A DNA stretch of 64,000 bases from Clostridiales bacterium (GTDB taxonomy: Bacteria > Bacillota > Clostridia > Christensenellales > CAG-138), in assembly GCA_004558525.1 (NCBI GenBank), contig SFCQ01000005.1, positions 5,224 to 69,223 on the forward strand, in the 5' to 3' direction. Below the pieces are notes generated by a model that had not been told where the DNA came from, did no database searches, and saw only the letters and a list, made by a program, of their open reading frames with translations. Each line of letters starts with the position of its first letter. Position 1 is the stretch's first letter. Below, in pieces: positions 9,280 to 17,558 of this stretch. The position numbers were made by a program, and so were the translations under genes.

Positions 9280-10102
9280 GGGTAAGCTATCGGCCCTGTA
9301 TTTCAGCCCGACAGGCTCGGCAAAAAAGGCGGCCGTGGCCGCGGCAGGCGCTATGGCGGAAAAGCTTGGCGCTGCTTATAAAGCAATAGAGTATATAGAC
9401 TATACTCAAAAGGCGAACAGGGATATAGAATACCGCTTTTCAAGAGGCGATATAGCAGTATTTGCAATGCCGGTATATGCCGGCAGGATACCGAACATAA
9501 TACTGCCTGCGCTTAAGGCAAACGTTATCGGGAACGCGACATACGCCGTTCCCATATGCGTATACGGGAACAGGAGTTATGGCGACGCGCTAAGGGAGCT
9601 TATACTGCTTTTGGAGCAGAACGGTTTTTTGCCCATATCGGCCGCGGCAATGGTCAGCGAGCACGCCTTCAGCGATAAGATAGCTAAAAACAGGCCTGAC
9701 CAGGCTGACCTTGCGTTATTGCGGGCGTTTGCCCAAAGAACGGCGGAAAAGCTTATACAAGGCAAGGCGCATGCATTGGATATAGACAGGAAAAAAGAGA
9801 TAGAGCCATACTATACGCCCCTAAAAGCCGGCGGCGAAAGGGCAAGCTTTCTTAAGGCGAAGCCCGTGACCGATAAAAGCAGATGCACGCGCTGCGGCAT
9901 ATGCGCTGCGGCATGCCCAATGCAGAGCATACGCAAAGCTGAGCCCTGTATAGTTGAAGGTATTTGCATAAAATGCCAGGCCTGCATCAAATGCTGCCCG
10001 AACAAGGCAAAGCATTTTGACGATGCGGACTTTTTATCGCACGTCAAAATGCTTGAAAACAACTATGCCAAGCCGAATGACAGCCTGTTTATGGAAAACT
10101 GA
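9269..10102 (+). CDS. Flavodoxin-like / 2x[4Fe-4S] ferredoxin fusion protein
   Basis: YFSPTGS flavodoxin-like N-terminus. The C-terminus carries CTRCGICAAACP and CIKCQACIKCCP cluster motifs. Start overlaps the upstream stop. Confidence 0.75.
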   Translation: MPSKGKLSALYFSPTGSAKKAAVAAAGAMAEKLGAAYKAIEYIDYTQKANRDIEYRFSRGDIAVFAMPVYAGRIPNIILPALKANVIGNATYAVPICVYGNRSYGDALRELILLLEQNGFLPISAAAMVSEHAFSDKIAKNRPDQADLALLRAFAQRTAEKLIQGKAHALDIDRKKEIEPYYTPLKAGGERASFLKAKPVTDKSRCTRCGICAAACPMQSIRKAEPCIVEGICIKCQACIKCCPNKAKHFDDADFLSHVKMLENNYAKPNDSLFMEN

Positions 10103-10108
10103 TAAGCT

Positions 10109-10297
10109 TTACAGATCGTCGGCATCCTGCACAGGCTGAGCGTACGGACCGTCGATATCCCGTCCGGTGTAGCTGCCCTGAACATCGGAGGGGATATTTG
10201 CTTTTCCGGTAGAAGTAAAGGCTTCTATGGCCTTATGAGGTTTTTTTGCTTTTGAGCCTGATCTGTGATTTTTGTTATCCTTAATTGGTCCGTTCAT
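10109..10297 (-). CDS. Hypothetical small basic protein (62 aa)
   Basis: ORF only. RBS spacing is poor. It could be non-coding. Confidence 0.2.
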   Translation of the reverse strand: MNGPIKDNKNHRSGSKAKKPHKAIEAFTSTGKANIPSDVQGSYTGRDIDGPYAQPVQDADDL

Positions 10298-10370
10298 TAA
10301 ATATTAACACCGTCCTTTCAGCATTAGCTTGGCTGTGGGGCGGTTTTTTATTATTAAATTTAAGATTTTT

Positions 10371-10390
10371 TGTGCGGCAAATGTGCAACT
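10371..10390 (-). promoter_or_regulatory. Two TTGC(C)GCACA / TTGCACA motifs (read on the minus strand) upstream of module 1
   Basis: The + strand reads TGTGCGGCAAaTGTGCAAC. The same core recurs about 6 times upstream of module 2 (40856-40899 and 41050-41067). Confidence 0.4.
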
Positions 10391-10395
10391 TCAGG

Positions 10396-10425
10396 CGTTT
10401 CGGTACAAAAATATGTACCGAAACG
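10396..10425. promoter_or_regulatory. Perfect 11-bp inverted repeat CGTTTCGGTAC-N8-GTACCGAAACG
   Basis: Seen directly. Lies 20 bp upstream of the putative -35. Could be an operator or a hairpin. Confidence 0.55.
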
Positions 10426-10446
10426 GCATTTCGACGATTTTTGCGG

Positions 10447-10475
10447 TTGACGAACAAAAGTTTGCATATTATCAT
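10447..10475 (+). promoter_or_regulatory. Sigma-A-like promoter candidate for module 1 (TTGACG-17-TATCAT)
   Basis: Hexamers with 17-nt spacing. A second TTGACA at 10475-10480 is followed by the 12-bp palindrome ACAAACGTTTGT (10489-10500). Confidence 0.4.
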
Positions 10476-10522
10476 TGACACAAACAGAACAAACGTTTGT
10501 AACATGGAAGGGAGAAAAGGAA

Positions 10523-11053
10523 ATGCGATATACGAACAGGGACATGATAGAAAACGGCATGCTCGTGCCGGCGCCAAGAAGGGCAAAAAGGAACGTTGGC
10601 TGCCACATAAAAGCTACCGATGCTGAAAGGACGGCTTTCAAATGCACGGAAAAGAGGCTGAGCCAGCTTGGAATGGTGCAGCGCAGGCTTGAGGACGAAA
10701 GGAGCGACTACTGCGAGCTTAAGGAGCTTGGCGTGGAAGCGCTGAGGAGCCACGATGCTTCCTTTGTAAGCCTTATAAGCCCGGGCATGCGGCTTGACCC
10801 GATGGAGGCGCACGCGGTGCAGATGCAAAGGCTTGAAAAAAGGATATCCGCGGACGGGCGCGAGATAAAAAAGATGCGCTCCGCACTTAAGGATATAGAG
10901 AACGACCCGTATTACGCGGTGCTTGAGCTTTACTACGAGCATGGCATGAAGGACGAGGCGATAGGCGAAAAAATGGGCTACGACAGGAGTACCATCGCCA
11001 GACACCGCAGCAGGCTCGTCAGGCTGCTTGCATGCAGGCTTTATGGGGTATGA
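10523..11053 (+). CDS. ArpU/RinA-like phage late transcriptional activator (sigma-70 region-4-like HTH at the C-terminus)
   Basis: The C-terminus YYAVLELYYEHGMKDEAIGEKMGYDRSTIARHRSRLVRLLA is an HTH. It sits directly upstream of terL, as in many Firmicute phages. ATG at 10523 follows GGAAGGGAGAAAAGGA. Confidence 0.55.
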   Translation: MRYTNRDMIENGMLVPAPRRAKRNVGCHIKATDAERTAFKCTEKRLSQLGMVQRRLEDERSDYCELKELGVEALRSHDASFVSLISPGMRLDPMEAHAVQMQRLEKRISADGREIKKMRSALKDIENDPYYAVLELYYEHGMKDEAIGEKMGYDRSTIARHRSRLVRLLACRLYGV

Positions 11054-11056
11054 GCC

Positions 11057-12397
11057 ATGGAGCTTGTGCTTTACGGCAGGCCAAACCCGAAGCAGGCCGA
11101 GTTTTTTGCATCAACAGCCGCGCACACGGCGTATGGCGGAGCAAGGGGCGGCGGCAAAAGCTGGGCCATGCGGAGGAAGCTGGTGCTGCTGTGCCTCAGC
11201 TATCCGCAGCTCAACTGCCTGCTCATGCGCCGCACGCTGCCGGAGCTTAGGGAGAATCACGTTATACCCCTTTTAAGGGAGCTTGGCGACATGGTGCCGT
11301 ATAACTCCACGGAAAGGGTGTTCCGCTTCCCAAACGGCAGCAGGCTCAAGCTTGGCTATTGTGACGGCGCGAACGACGTATATCAATATCAGGGCCAGGA
11401 GTACGACGTTATAGGCCTTGAGGAGGCCACGCATTTTACGGAGGAGCAGATGCGCTTTATAACCACCTGCAACCGCACCACCAAGGCGGGCTTCAGGCCG
11501 AGGATGTACTACACCTGCAACCCGGGCAACGTGGGCCACGGCTGGGTGAAAAGGCTGTTTATAGACAAGCGCATGGAGAACGGCGAAAGGAGGGAGGATT
11601 ACGCCTTTATTCCGGCGAGCATATACGATAACGAGGTGCTGCTGAGCGCTAATCCTGAATATGTAAGGGCGCTTGAAAGCCTGCCGGAGGATATGCGGAG
11701 GGCGCACCTTTACGGCGACTGGGACGCGCATGCAGGCCAGTATTTCAGGGAGTTTTCAAGGCTTAAGCATATCGCCGCGCCGTTTGAGCTGCCAGCCTGG
11801 TGGCGAAGGTTCAGGTCCATGGACTGGGGCTATAACGACCCGTGCTGCGTGCTTTGGCACGCCGTTGACGGCGACGGCAGGGTATACACATACAGGGAAC
11901 TGTATGTGCGCGCCATGCGTGCGGATCAGGTGGCGAAAAGGATAAAGGAGCTGAGCGCAGACGAGGACATAGCATACACCGTGGCAAGCCCCGACCTATG
12001 GCAGAAGCGGGGCGCGATACTGAGAAGCGAGGGCGGCTTTGAGGGGGAAAGCCTTGCCGAGCTTTTCGCAAGGGAGGGAGTGCCCATGCTGCCGGCCGAC
12101 AATGCGCGGGTTGCCGGCTGGCAGAGGGTGCGCGCATACATGGCCGACGGAGCCGACGGCAAGCCCATGTGGCAGGCGTTCGACTGCTGCGAAAACCTTA
12201 TACGCACGCTGCCGATGCTCATGTACAGCGAGCATAACAGGGAGGACGCCGCGGACGGCGAGGATCACGCGCCGGAATCGCTGAGGTATGCGCTGATGTC
12301 AAGGCCTGTCAAGAGCAGCATAAAGCAAAAGCTTGCGCACAGGCCGTACGACCCATTTTCAACTCCCCGCCGAGAGGCCGGGTTTATGAACGAATAA
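11057..12397 (+). CDS. terL: Terminase large subunit
   Basis: Walker A GGARGGGKSW, Walker B-like VIGLEEATHF, and the nuclease-domain DWGYNDP motif. 446 aa, uninterrupted. Confidence 0.9.
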   Translation: MELVLYGRPNPKQAEFFASTAAHTAYGGARGGGKSWAMRRKLVLLCLSYPQLNCLLMRRTLPELRENHVIPLLRELGDMVPYNSTERVFRFPNGSRLKLGYCDGANDVYQYQGQEYDVIGLEEATHFTEEQMRFITTCNRTTKAGFRPRMYYTCNPGNVGHGWVKRLFIDKRMENGERREDYAFIPASIYDNEVLLSANPEYVRALESLPEDMRRAHLYGDWDAHAGQYFREFSRLKHIAAPFELPAWWRRFRSMDWGYNDPCCVLWHAVDGDGRVYTYRELYVRAMRADQVAKRIKELSADEDIAYTVASPDLWQKRGAILRSEGGFEGESLAELFAREGVPMLPADNARVAGWQRVRAYMADGADGKPMWQAFDCCENLIRTLPMLMYSEHNREDAADGEDHAPESLRYALMSRPVKSSIKQKLAHRPYDPFSTPRREAGFMNE

Positions 12398-12434
12398 AGC
12401 ATAAAGAACAAATTAAACCAAGGAGGAAAAAGAC

Positions 12435-14015
12435 ATGATCAAACAGGACGAAGCGAGGATAGAGCGTATATACGAGCTGTTCGATGAATACCGAAACGCA
12501 TACGCGGCTGAGTGGGAAAGGCTTGAAAGGTGCGAAAGGCTGTACAGGGGGGAGCATTGGCACGACGTTGCGCAAAAGGACAAGCGCGAGCCGAGGCCGG
12601 TGACGCCCGTGCTGCAATCCACCATAGAAAACGTGCGCGCAGACCTTATGGACCAGATGCCGGAGGCCGTTGTTACCGCAGACGATCCGGCAAACGCAAG
12701 GGCGGCAAGGGCGCTTACCGCGATATTGAGCGAGAACCACCGCCGCTGCCGCTACGACAGGGAATATGCAAAGCTGCTGCACGACCTGCTGATAGGGGGC
12801 TACATGGTGCAGGAGACAGGCTTTGACCCGCACTTTGACGGCGGGCTTGGCGGCGCGTTCCTCAGGCATGCTGACGCGCACAACGTGCTTTTCGACCCGC
12901 TTTGCGCGGACATACAGGACTCAAGGGCCATATTCAAGTTTGCGCCGTATCCGAAGGATTGGTTCAGGAGCCGCTATCCAGAGCATTACGACAAGCTTAA
13001 AAGCGACGCCAACACCATACTGCCGCAGGCGGACGCCCACCTTTCAAGGGGCAACGCCGAAAGGGTGCTTATGATAGAGTGCTGGGAGAGGGAATTTGAT
13101 AAGCAGACAGGCAGGTACAGGGTGCATGTGGCAAGGCTTGCGGGCAGGCGAATGCTGGAGGACAGCAGGAGCGTAAAGCCGGAGGGCTACTACGCCCACG
13201 GTGAATATCCCTTTGTGGTGACGCCGCTGTTTGCAAGAAAAGGCACCGCGCTTGGCTACGGCTTTATTGACATGTTCGCCACGCAGCAGCTTTATGCCGA
13301 CAAGCTTGACCAGATAGTGCTTAAAAACGCGCTTATGGCATCGCACAACAAGCTGCTCATAACCGGCGCATCCGGCTTCGATGCGGACGATCTGAGGGAT
13401 TGGTCAAAGGAGGTGCATCAGGGCGACAGCCTTGCGGGAATAACATGGTTCCCGACCGCGCCGCTGCCAAGCTATATCGCCCAATATGCCGAAAGCATAC
13501 GCCAGAGCATAAAGGAGGAATCCGGCTCAAACGATTTTTCAAGAGGCACGACCTATGGCGGCGTTACCGCGGCAAGCGCCATAGCCGCGCTGCAGGAGGC
13601 AAGCGGCAAAAGAAGCAGAATGATAGCAAGGCTTATACACGGCGCATTTGAGGAGGCCGTAAGGCAGGAGGTTGAGGTGGAAAGGGAGTATTGCTCATTC
13701 CCGCGCACGGTAAGGATAGAGGGGGAAGAGCCTATGAGCTTTACGAGCGAGGATATGTATGCATTGTCCGGCCTTAACAACAATCTGCCCATAGAGTTTG
13801 CCGTTACCGTAAAGGCGCAGAGGGAGAACAGGTTCACCGTTGCCGCGCATAACGAGACCGTGCTTTCACTTGTAAAGCTTGGCATGCTGGCGCCTGATAT
13901 AGCGCTTGAGCTTATGCTGTTCGACGGTAAGGAACAGGCGCTCGCCATGATGAAGGAAAGAAACGGGGCCAATAATGATATGCAGGCTAACGAAGCTCAA
14001 GCGATGCAAATGTAA
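12435..14015 (+). CDS. Portal protein
   Basis: 526 aa, immediately after terL, with strong RBS AAGGAGG. Size, acidic C-terminus and position are typical of portals. No database check was possible. Confidence 0.75.
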   Translation: MIKQDEARIERIYELFDEYRNAYAAEWERLERCERLYRGEHWHDVAQKDKREPRPVTPVLQSTIENVRADLMDQMPEAVVTADDPANARAARALTAILSENHRRCRYDREYAKLLHDLLIGGYMVQETGFDPHFDGGLGGAFLRHADAHNVLFDPLCADIQDSRAIFKFAPYPKDWFRSRYPEHYDKLKSDANTILPQADAHLSRGNAERVLMIECWEREFDKQTGRYRVHVARLAGRRMLEDSRSVKPEGYYAHGEYPFVVTPLFARKGTALGYGFIDMFATQQLYADKLDQIVLKNALMASHNKLLITGASGFDADDLRDWSKEVHQGDSLAGITWFPTAPLPSYIAQYAESIRQSIKEESGSNDFSRGTTYGGVTAASAIAALQEASGKRSRMIARLIHGAFEEAVRQEVEVEREYCSFPRTVRIEGEEPMSFTSEDMYALSGLNNNLPIEFAVTVKAQRENRFTVAAHNETVLSLVKLGMLAPDIALELMLFDGKEQALAMMKERNGANNDMQANEAQAMQM

Positions 14016-15354
14016 AACCGCAGGCTGAGCCCTGGCTGCGCTTAAGCGTTACCGCCGCCGCACTAAGCTCGCCGGATTCGGCGGTCCCGGGGGCGCCGAA
14101 GCATATCATGCCGTAGAGCGTTACGGTATCGCCCTCGCTTACCGCGTCATCTATGCGCAGGGCGTAGGCGGCGCGGGGATATACGGGCAGCATAACGCTT
14201 GAACCGTCAAGATATGTGCCGTCGGACTGGGTATATATATCCTCCGGAAGGGGAGAGGCGAAAAACGATGCGTATACGCGCTCATATTCTGCAATATCAA
14301 CGGCCACGAAGCGCGTCTGCTCGGTACCGGCGGTGAAGCGCCTGGTCATAAATACGGATACGATATACGGATCGGCAGATGAGGCCTCAAAGCCGGCATA
14401 ATCAAGCGCGCAGGCAGCCACAAGGTCGTTGAGCGGGCCTACGAGCGAGGCATACTCGTCAGCCGTGATAACATCGCCGACGCAATCGGGATAAAATGCC
14501 GCCCTGGGTATGATGAACGTCATAGGCCCGCTGCCCGCCTCAGAGAGCATGCCGTCCTCCAATATCACGCCAAAGCCCGATGCGGAGGCGAAAAAGCCCG
14601 AGTATATGTCTATTGCCAGGGCGATATCGTCAACGGTGACATCGCCAAAGGTGCTTTCGGGGTCGGAGCCGATTATGTTGAATATCTGCTGGGCGGCAAG
14701 GGGCTCTACGTCATAGACCCCTGCCGCTGCGGCAAGGGAGAGCCTTTCGCCGGCCTGAGAAAGCACTATGGCGCTTAAAGACGTTTCCAAATTGTCGCCA
14801 AAGGAGTTGGTTTGAGTGAAGAATATGTTTGTAAAGCCAAGTACGCTTTCAACATAGCAATCGACGACGGTGTGCGCGCCGCCCTCACCATCGGCATAGG
14901 GCAAAAGCTCGTTTGATACAAGCTCAAGCAGCTCCTCTTCATATTGGGCTATGGCCAAATTGGCTTTTTCGCTGCCAACAAAGCTATCCTCAAAGCTTGG
15001 AATGGTGTAATCGAGCCTGAACAAAGCCGCGCCTTCATCAGCGCCTTCGGGATAAAACACGGTACGGGTAACGAGCTTTACGCCGTCAGCCTCGCCCAAA
15101 GCAGTGCCGCCGCCGTTAGGCATGGAGATAGCAAAGGCCGTGCCAATGCCTGCTTGACTTGAAACGGCCGAAGGGGACGCCGTTTGCGCGGGTATCTCCA
15201 CCTGAGCCTGGCCGGAAAGAGCGGCATCGTGAGCATCGCCGGCTGTAACGGGAGCCTGAGCCGCCGCTTCACAGCCGAAAAGAAGCGCCGCGATAATGGC
15301 GCACAGAATAACGGATAAGCATTTTTTTAGCGATATATAGGAAGCAGATTTCAT
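13987..15354 (-). CDS. Lipoprotein of unknown function
   Basis: Signal peptide with lipobox LLFGC at the ATG at 15354 (RBS GAGGTG). Its 3' end overlaps the portal stop convergently by 29 nt. Confidence 0.7.
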   Translation of the reverse strand: MKSASYISLKKCLSVILCAIIAALLFGCEAAAQAPVTAGDAHDAALSGQAQVEIPAQTASPSAVSSQAGIGTAFAISMPNGGGTALGEADGVKLVTRTVFYPEGADEGAALFRLDYTIPSFEDSFVGSEKANLAIAQYEEELLELVSNELLPYADGEGGAHTVVDCYVESVLGFTNIFFTQTNSFGDNLETSLSAIVLSQAGERLSLAAAAGVYDVEPLAAQQIFNIIGSDPESTFGDVTVDDIALAIDIYSGFFASASGFGVILEDGMLSEAGSGPMTFIIPRAAFYPDCVGDVITADEYASLVGPLNDLVAACALDYAGFEASSADPYIVSVFMTRRFTAGTEQTRFVAVDIAEYERVYASFFASPLPEDIYTQSDGTYLDGSSVMLPVYPRAAYALRIDDAVSEGDTVTLYGMICFGAPGTAESGELSAAAVTLKRSQGSACGFTFASLELR

Positions 15355-15419
15355 AACAAAAGCACCTCGCTTGCAGGATACCATAATCAGGCCGCGGGTA
15401 CAACAGCATATTTTGTAAA

Positions 15420-15647
15420 TTGGGAGGGATTTATTTGGCAAAAACGCGCAAGGCCGCAATGAAGGCCACAATAGACGCATGCATACTGACGCTTATGCAG
15501 ATATGCACTAAAGAGGACGCAAGGGACGCGGACAGGATAGCCGCGGCGAAGCTGTTGGTAGACATATGCGCCGACAAGACCGCGCCCGAGCAGGACGGAG
15601 AGCTGAAGATAGTATTAAAAGACGTTCCGCCGGAATATATAAGATAG
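15420..15647 (+). CDS. Small ORF whose sequence resembles only the C-terminal segment of phage small terminase subunits
   Basis: DRIAAAKLLVDICADKTAPEQDGELKIVLKDVP resembles the common TerS C-terminal pattern (DR..AA.LL.. then a short beta tail). No N-terminal HTH is present. The start is uncertain: TTG at 15420 or ATG at 15459. Confidence 0.3.
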   Translation: MGGIYLAKTRKAAMKATIDACILTLMQICTKEDARDADRIAAAKLLVDICADKTAPEQDGELKIVLKDVPPEYIR

Positions 15648-15784
15648 AGCCGCAAAGAACATATAATATATATAATACTTGCTTCCGTTGAATTGCTGAG
15701 CATAGGCGGCGTACAATATAAAAAATCATATTACATATTTTGCACATACACAAATATCATCAGCGAACATAAGGAGGAACGAAC

Positions 15785-16975
15785 ATGCCGGCTTATGCAC
15801 ACAGAATGGACGGAATAACCGGAAGCGCGATAAGGGAGCTTTTCAAGCTTTTGGCGAAGGGGGATATAATATCCTTCGGCGGCGGCAATCCGTCCGCATC
15901 GAGCTTTCCTGTAGAGGACGTGAGGAGGATAACGGACGATCTGCTTGCAACCAAGGCTGAGCAGCTATTGCAGTACGGCGCGACGGAGGGCTATGCGCCG
16001 CTGAGGGCTGCGATAAGCGAGCATATGCTAAAGCCCAAGGGGGTAGTCGCGGACGAAAGCTGCATACTGCCGACCACCGGCTCCATACAGGGCATGGACC
16101 TTATATGCAGAATTTTTATTGACAGGGGGGACAGGGTGCTTGTTGAGGCGCCGACGTTCCTTGGCGTGCTGCAAACGCTCAATATTGCCGGGGCGGAGCT
16201 TGTGAGCGTACCGTCTGACGACGAGGGAGTAGTGACAGACGAGCTTGAGGAGCTTATAAAAAAGCACAGGCCTAAGCTTTTCTACTGCATACCGACATTC
16301 CAGAACCCTTCCGGCAAGACGCTTGGGCTTGAAAGAAGGAAGGCCATAGCAAGGCTTGCCACAAAATATGATATGATAGTTGCCGAGGACGACCCGTACT
16401 GCGACCTTAGATACCGCGGCGAGGCGCTGCCGCCGATAAAGAGCTTTGACGAATCCGGCCATGTTATTCTGCTCAACAGCTTTTCAAAGATAATATCGCC
16501 GGGCATAAGGGTTGGAAGCGCATACAGCACGCCCGAAATAATACGCAAGATGACAATAGCCAAGCAGGGCGTTGACACGCACACGCCCAACCTTACCCAG
16601 GCTATTGCGGCCGAGTTTTTGAACAGGGGGCTTTTGCCCGTACAGTTAAAGCGCATATGCCCCGAATACGGCGCAAGGCTTGACGCCATGCTTAACGCCA
16701 TGGACGCTTATTTCCCGGAGGAATGCAGCTTCACCAGGCCGGAAGGAGGCCTGTTCGTATGGGGCGAATGCAAGGGGCTTGATATGCTTAAGCTTGTAAG
16801 CAGGGCGACTGAAGAAAAGAAGATAGCCTATATACCGGGCGTACACTTCTATTCCCATCCTGAGGGCCGCGAGGGAACGTTCAGGCTGAACTTCTCCGGA
16901 ACGGCGTTTGAGAACATAGATACGGGCATACGCAAGATGGGCGAGCTGATGAAGGAAGCTTTGGCGGAGAAATAA
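15785..16975 (+). CDS. PLP-dependent aminotransferase (class I/II, 2-aminoadipate/aromatic type)
   Basis: FGGGNP, the NPSGKT motif, the SFSK PLP-lysine region, and the C-terminal FRLNFS. Confidence 0.85.
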   Translation: MPAYAHRMDGITGSAIRELFKLLAKGDIISFGGGNPSASSFPVEDVRRITDDLLATKAEQLLQYGATEGYAPLRAAISEHMLKPKGVVADESCILPTTGSIQGMDLICRIFIDRGDRVLVEAPTFLGVLQTLNIAGAELVSVPSDDEGVVTDELEELIKKHRPKLFYCIPTFQNPSGKTLGLERRKAIARLATKYDMIVAEDDPYCDLRYRGEALPPIKSFDESGHVILLNSFSKIISPGIRVGSAYSTPEIIRKMTIAKQGVDTHTPNLTQAIAAEFLNRGLLPVQLKRICPEYGARLDAMLNAMDAYFPEECSFTRPEGGLFVWGECKGLDMLKLVSRATEEKKIAYIPGVHFYSHPEGREGTFRLNFSGTAFENIDTGIRKMGELMKEALAEK

Positions 16976-17051
16976 AAGCTTAAACCCCAAAAAGCGGCGG
17001 TTGGGCGAACGCCTTTGCCATTTTGGGCGGCTTGCTTTTTGAAAATGGGCA

Positions 17052-17099
17052 TAAAAAGGGTCGCCGGCAAATTCACATGACGATGTGTGCCGGCGGCCC
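17052..17099 (-). terminator. Intrinsic terminator of the 109-aa orphan gene
   Basis: 12-bp stem GGGTCGCCGGCA/TGCCGGCGGCCC, followed by TTTTTA on the minus strand. Confidence 0.6.
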
Positions 17100-17145
17100 G
17101 TTTCCGTATTTGGCTGCCAGGCTCAGCTTGACGGAAGCATGGCTT

Positions 17146-17475
17146 TTACAAACCGAAATGAATAATCCATTTGTTCTCAAAAACGGCTCTTATCATAAGC
17201 GCTTTTAATTCGGACAATCCGCGCCTGTTGTCAATAACCGCTATGAATGCGGGCATTGAAGTTGGCGGAATAAGAGTAACGCCTGTGTAAGCAAGCCCTT
17301 TTCCGGGAACATCAATGGTATGCCAAAAGAAATCTATATCGTTAAATTGAGCAACAATATCCTCCAGATAATCATCGTTAACAGATATGCAGTTGTATTT
17401 CTGCGGTTGGTATTCATCATATCTATGACCGTGCTTTGGAGCCTCCTGCATAATGCCAAATTCATGCTTTGCCAA
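17146..17475 (-). CDS. Hypothetical protein (109 aa), compositionally foreign
   Basis: Visibly AT-richer than its neighbours and uses ATT for Ile. It has its own terminator. I recognise no motif. Confidence 0.5.
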   Translation of the reverse strand: MAKHEFGIMQEAPKHGHRYDEYQPQKYNCISVNDDYLEDIVAQFNDIDFFWHTIDVPGKGLAYTGVTLIPPTSMPAFIAVIDNRRGLSELKALMIRAVFENKWIIHFGL

Positions 17476-17558
17476 TTTGCCACCACCTTTGTTACCATCA
17501 AAAAAGGGCGGCAGTAATGATTATGATTACAGCCGCCAAGGCTAATATGCCCGCCCGT

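Larger units (their letters stand above)
10523..14015 (+). mobile_element. Phage-derived packaging module (late activator, large terminase, portal)
   Basis: Three consecutive phage-type genes. No flanking integrase, repressor or replication genes. Host-type codon habit. Confidence 0.7.

Noticed and set aside
10285-11005. ORFs 10285-10626(+), 10281-10586(-), 10360-10647(-) and 10472-11005(-) in and around the module-1 control region.
   Set aside because: They overlap promoter and palindrome sequence or the ArpU-like gene. Their translations are low-complexity and they have no RBS.
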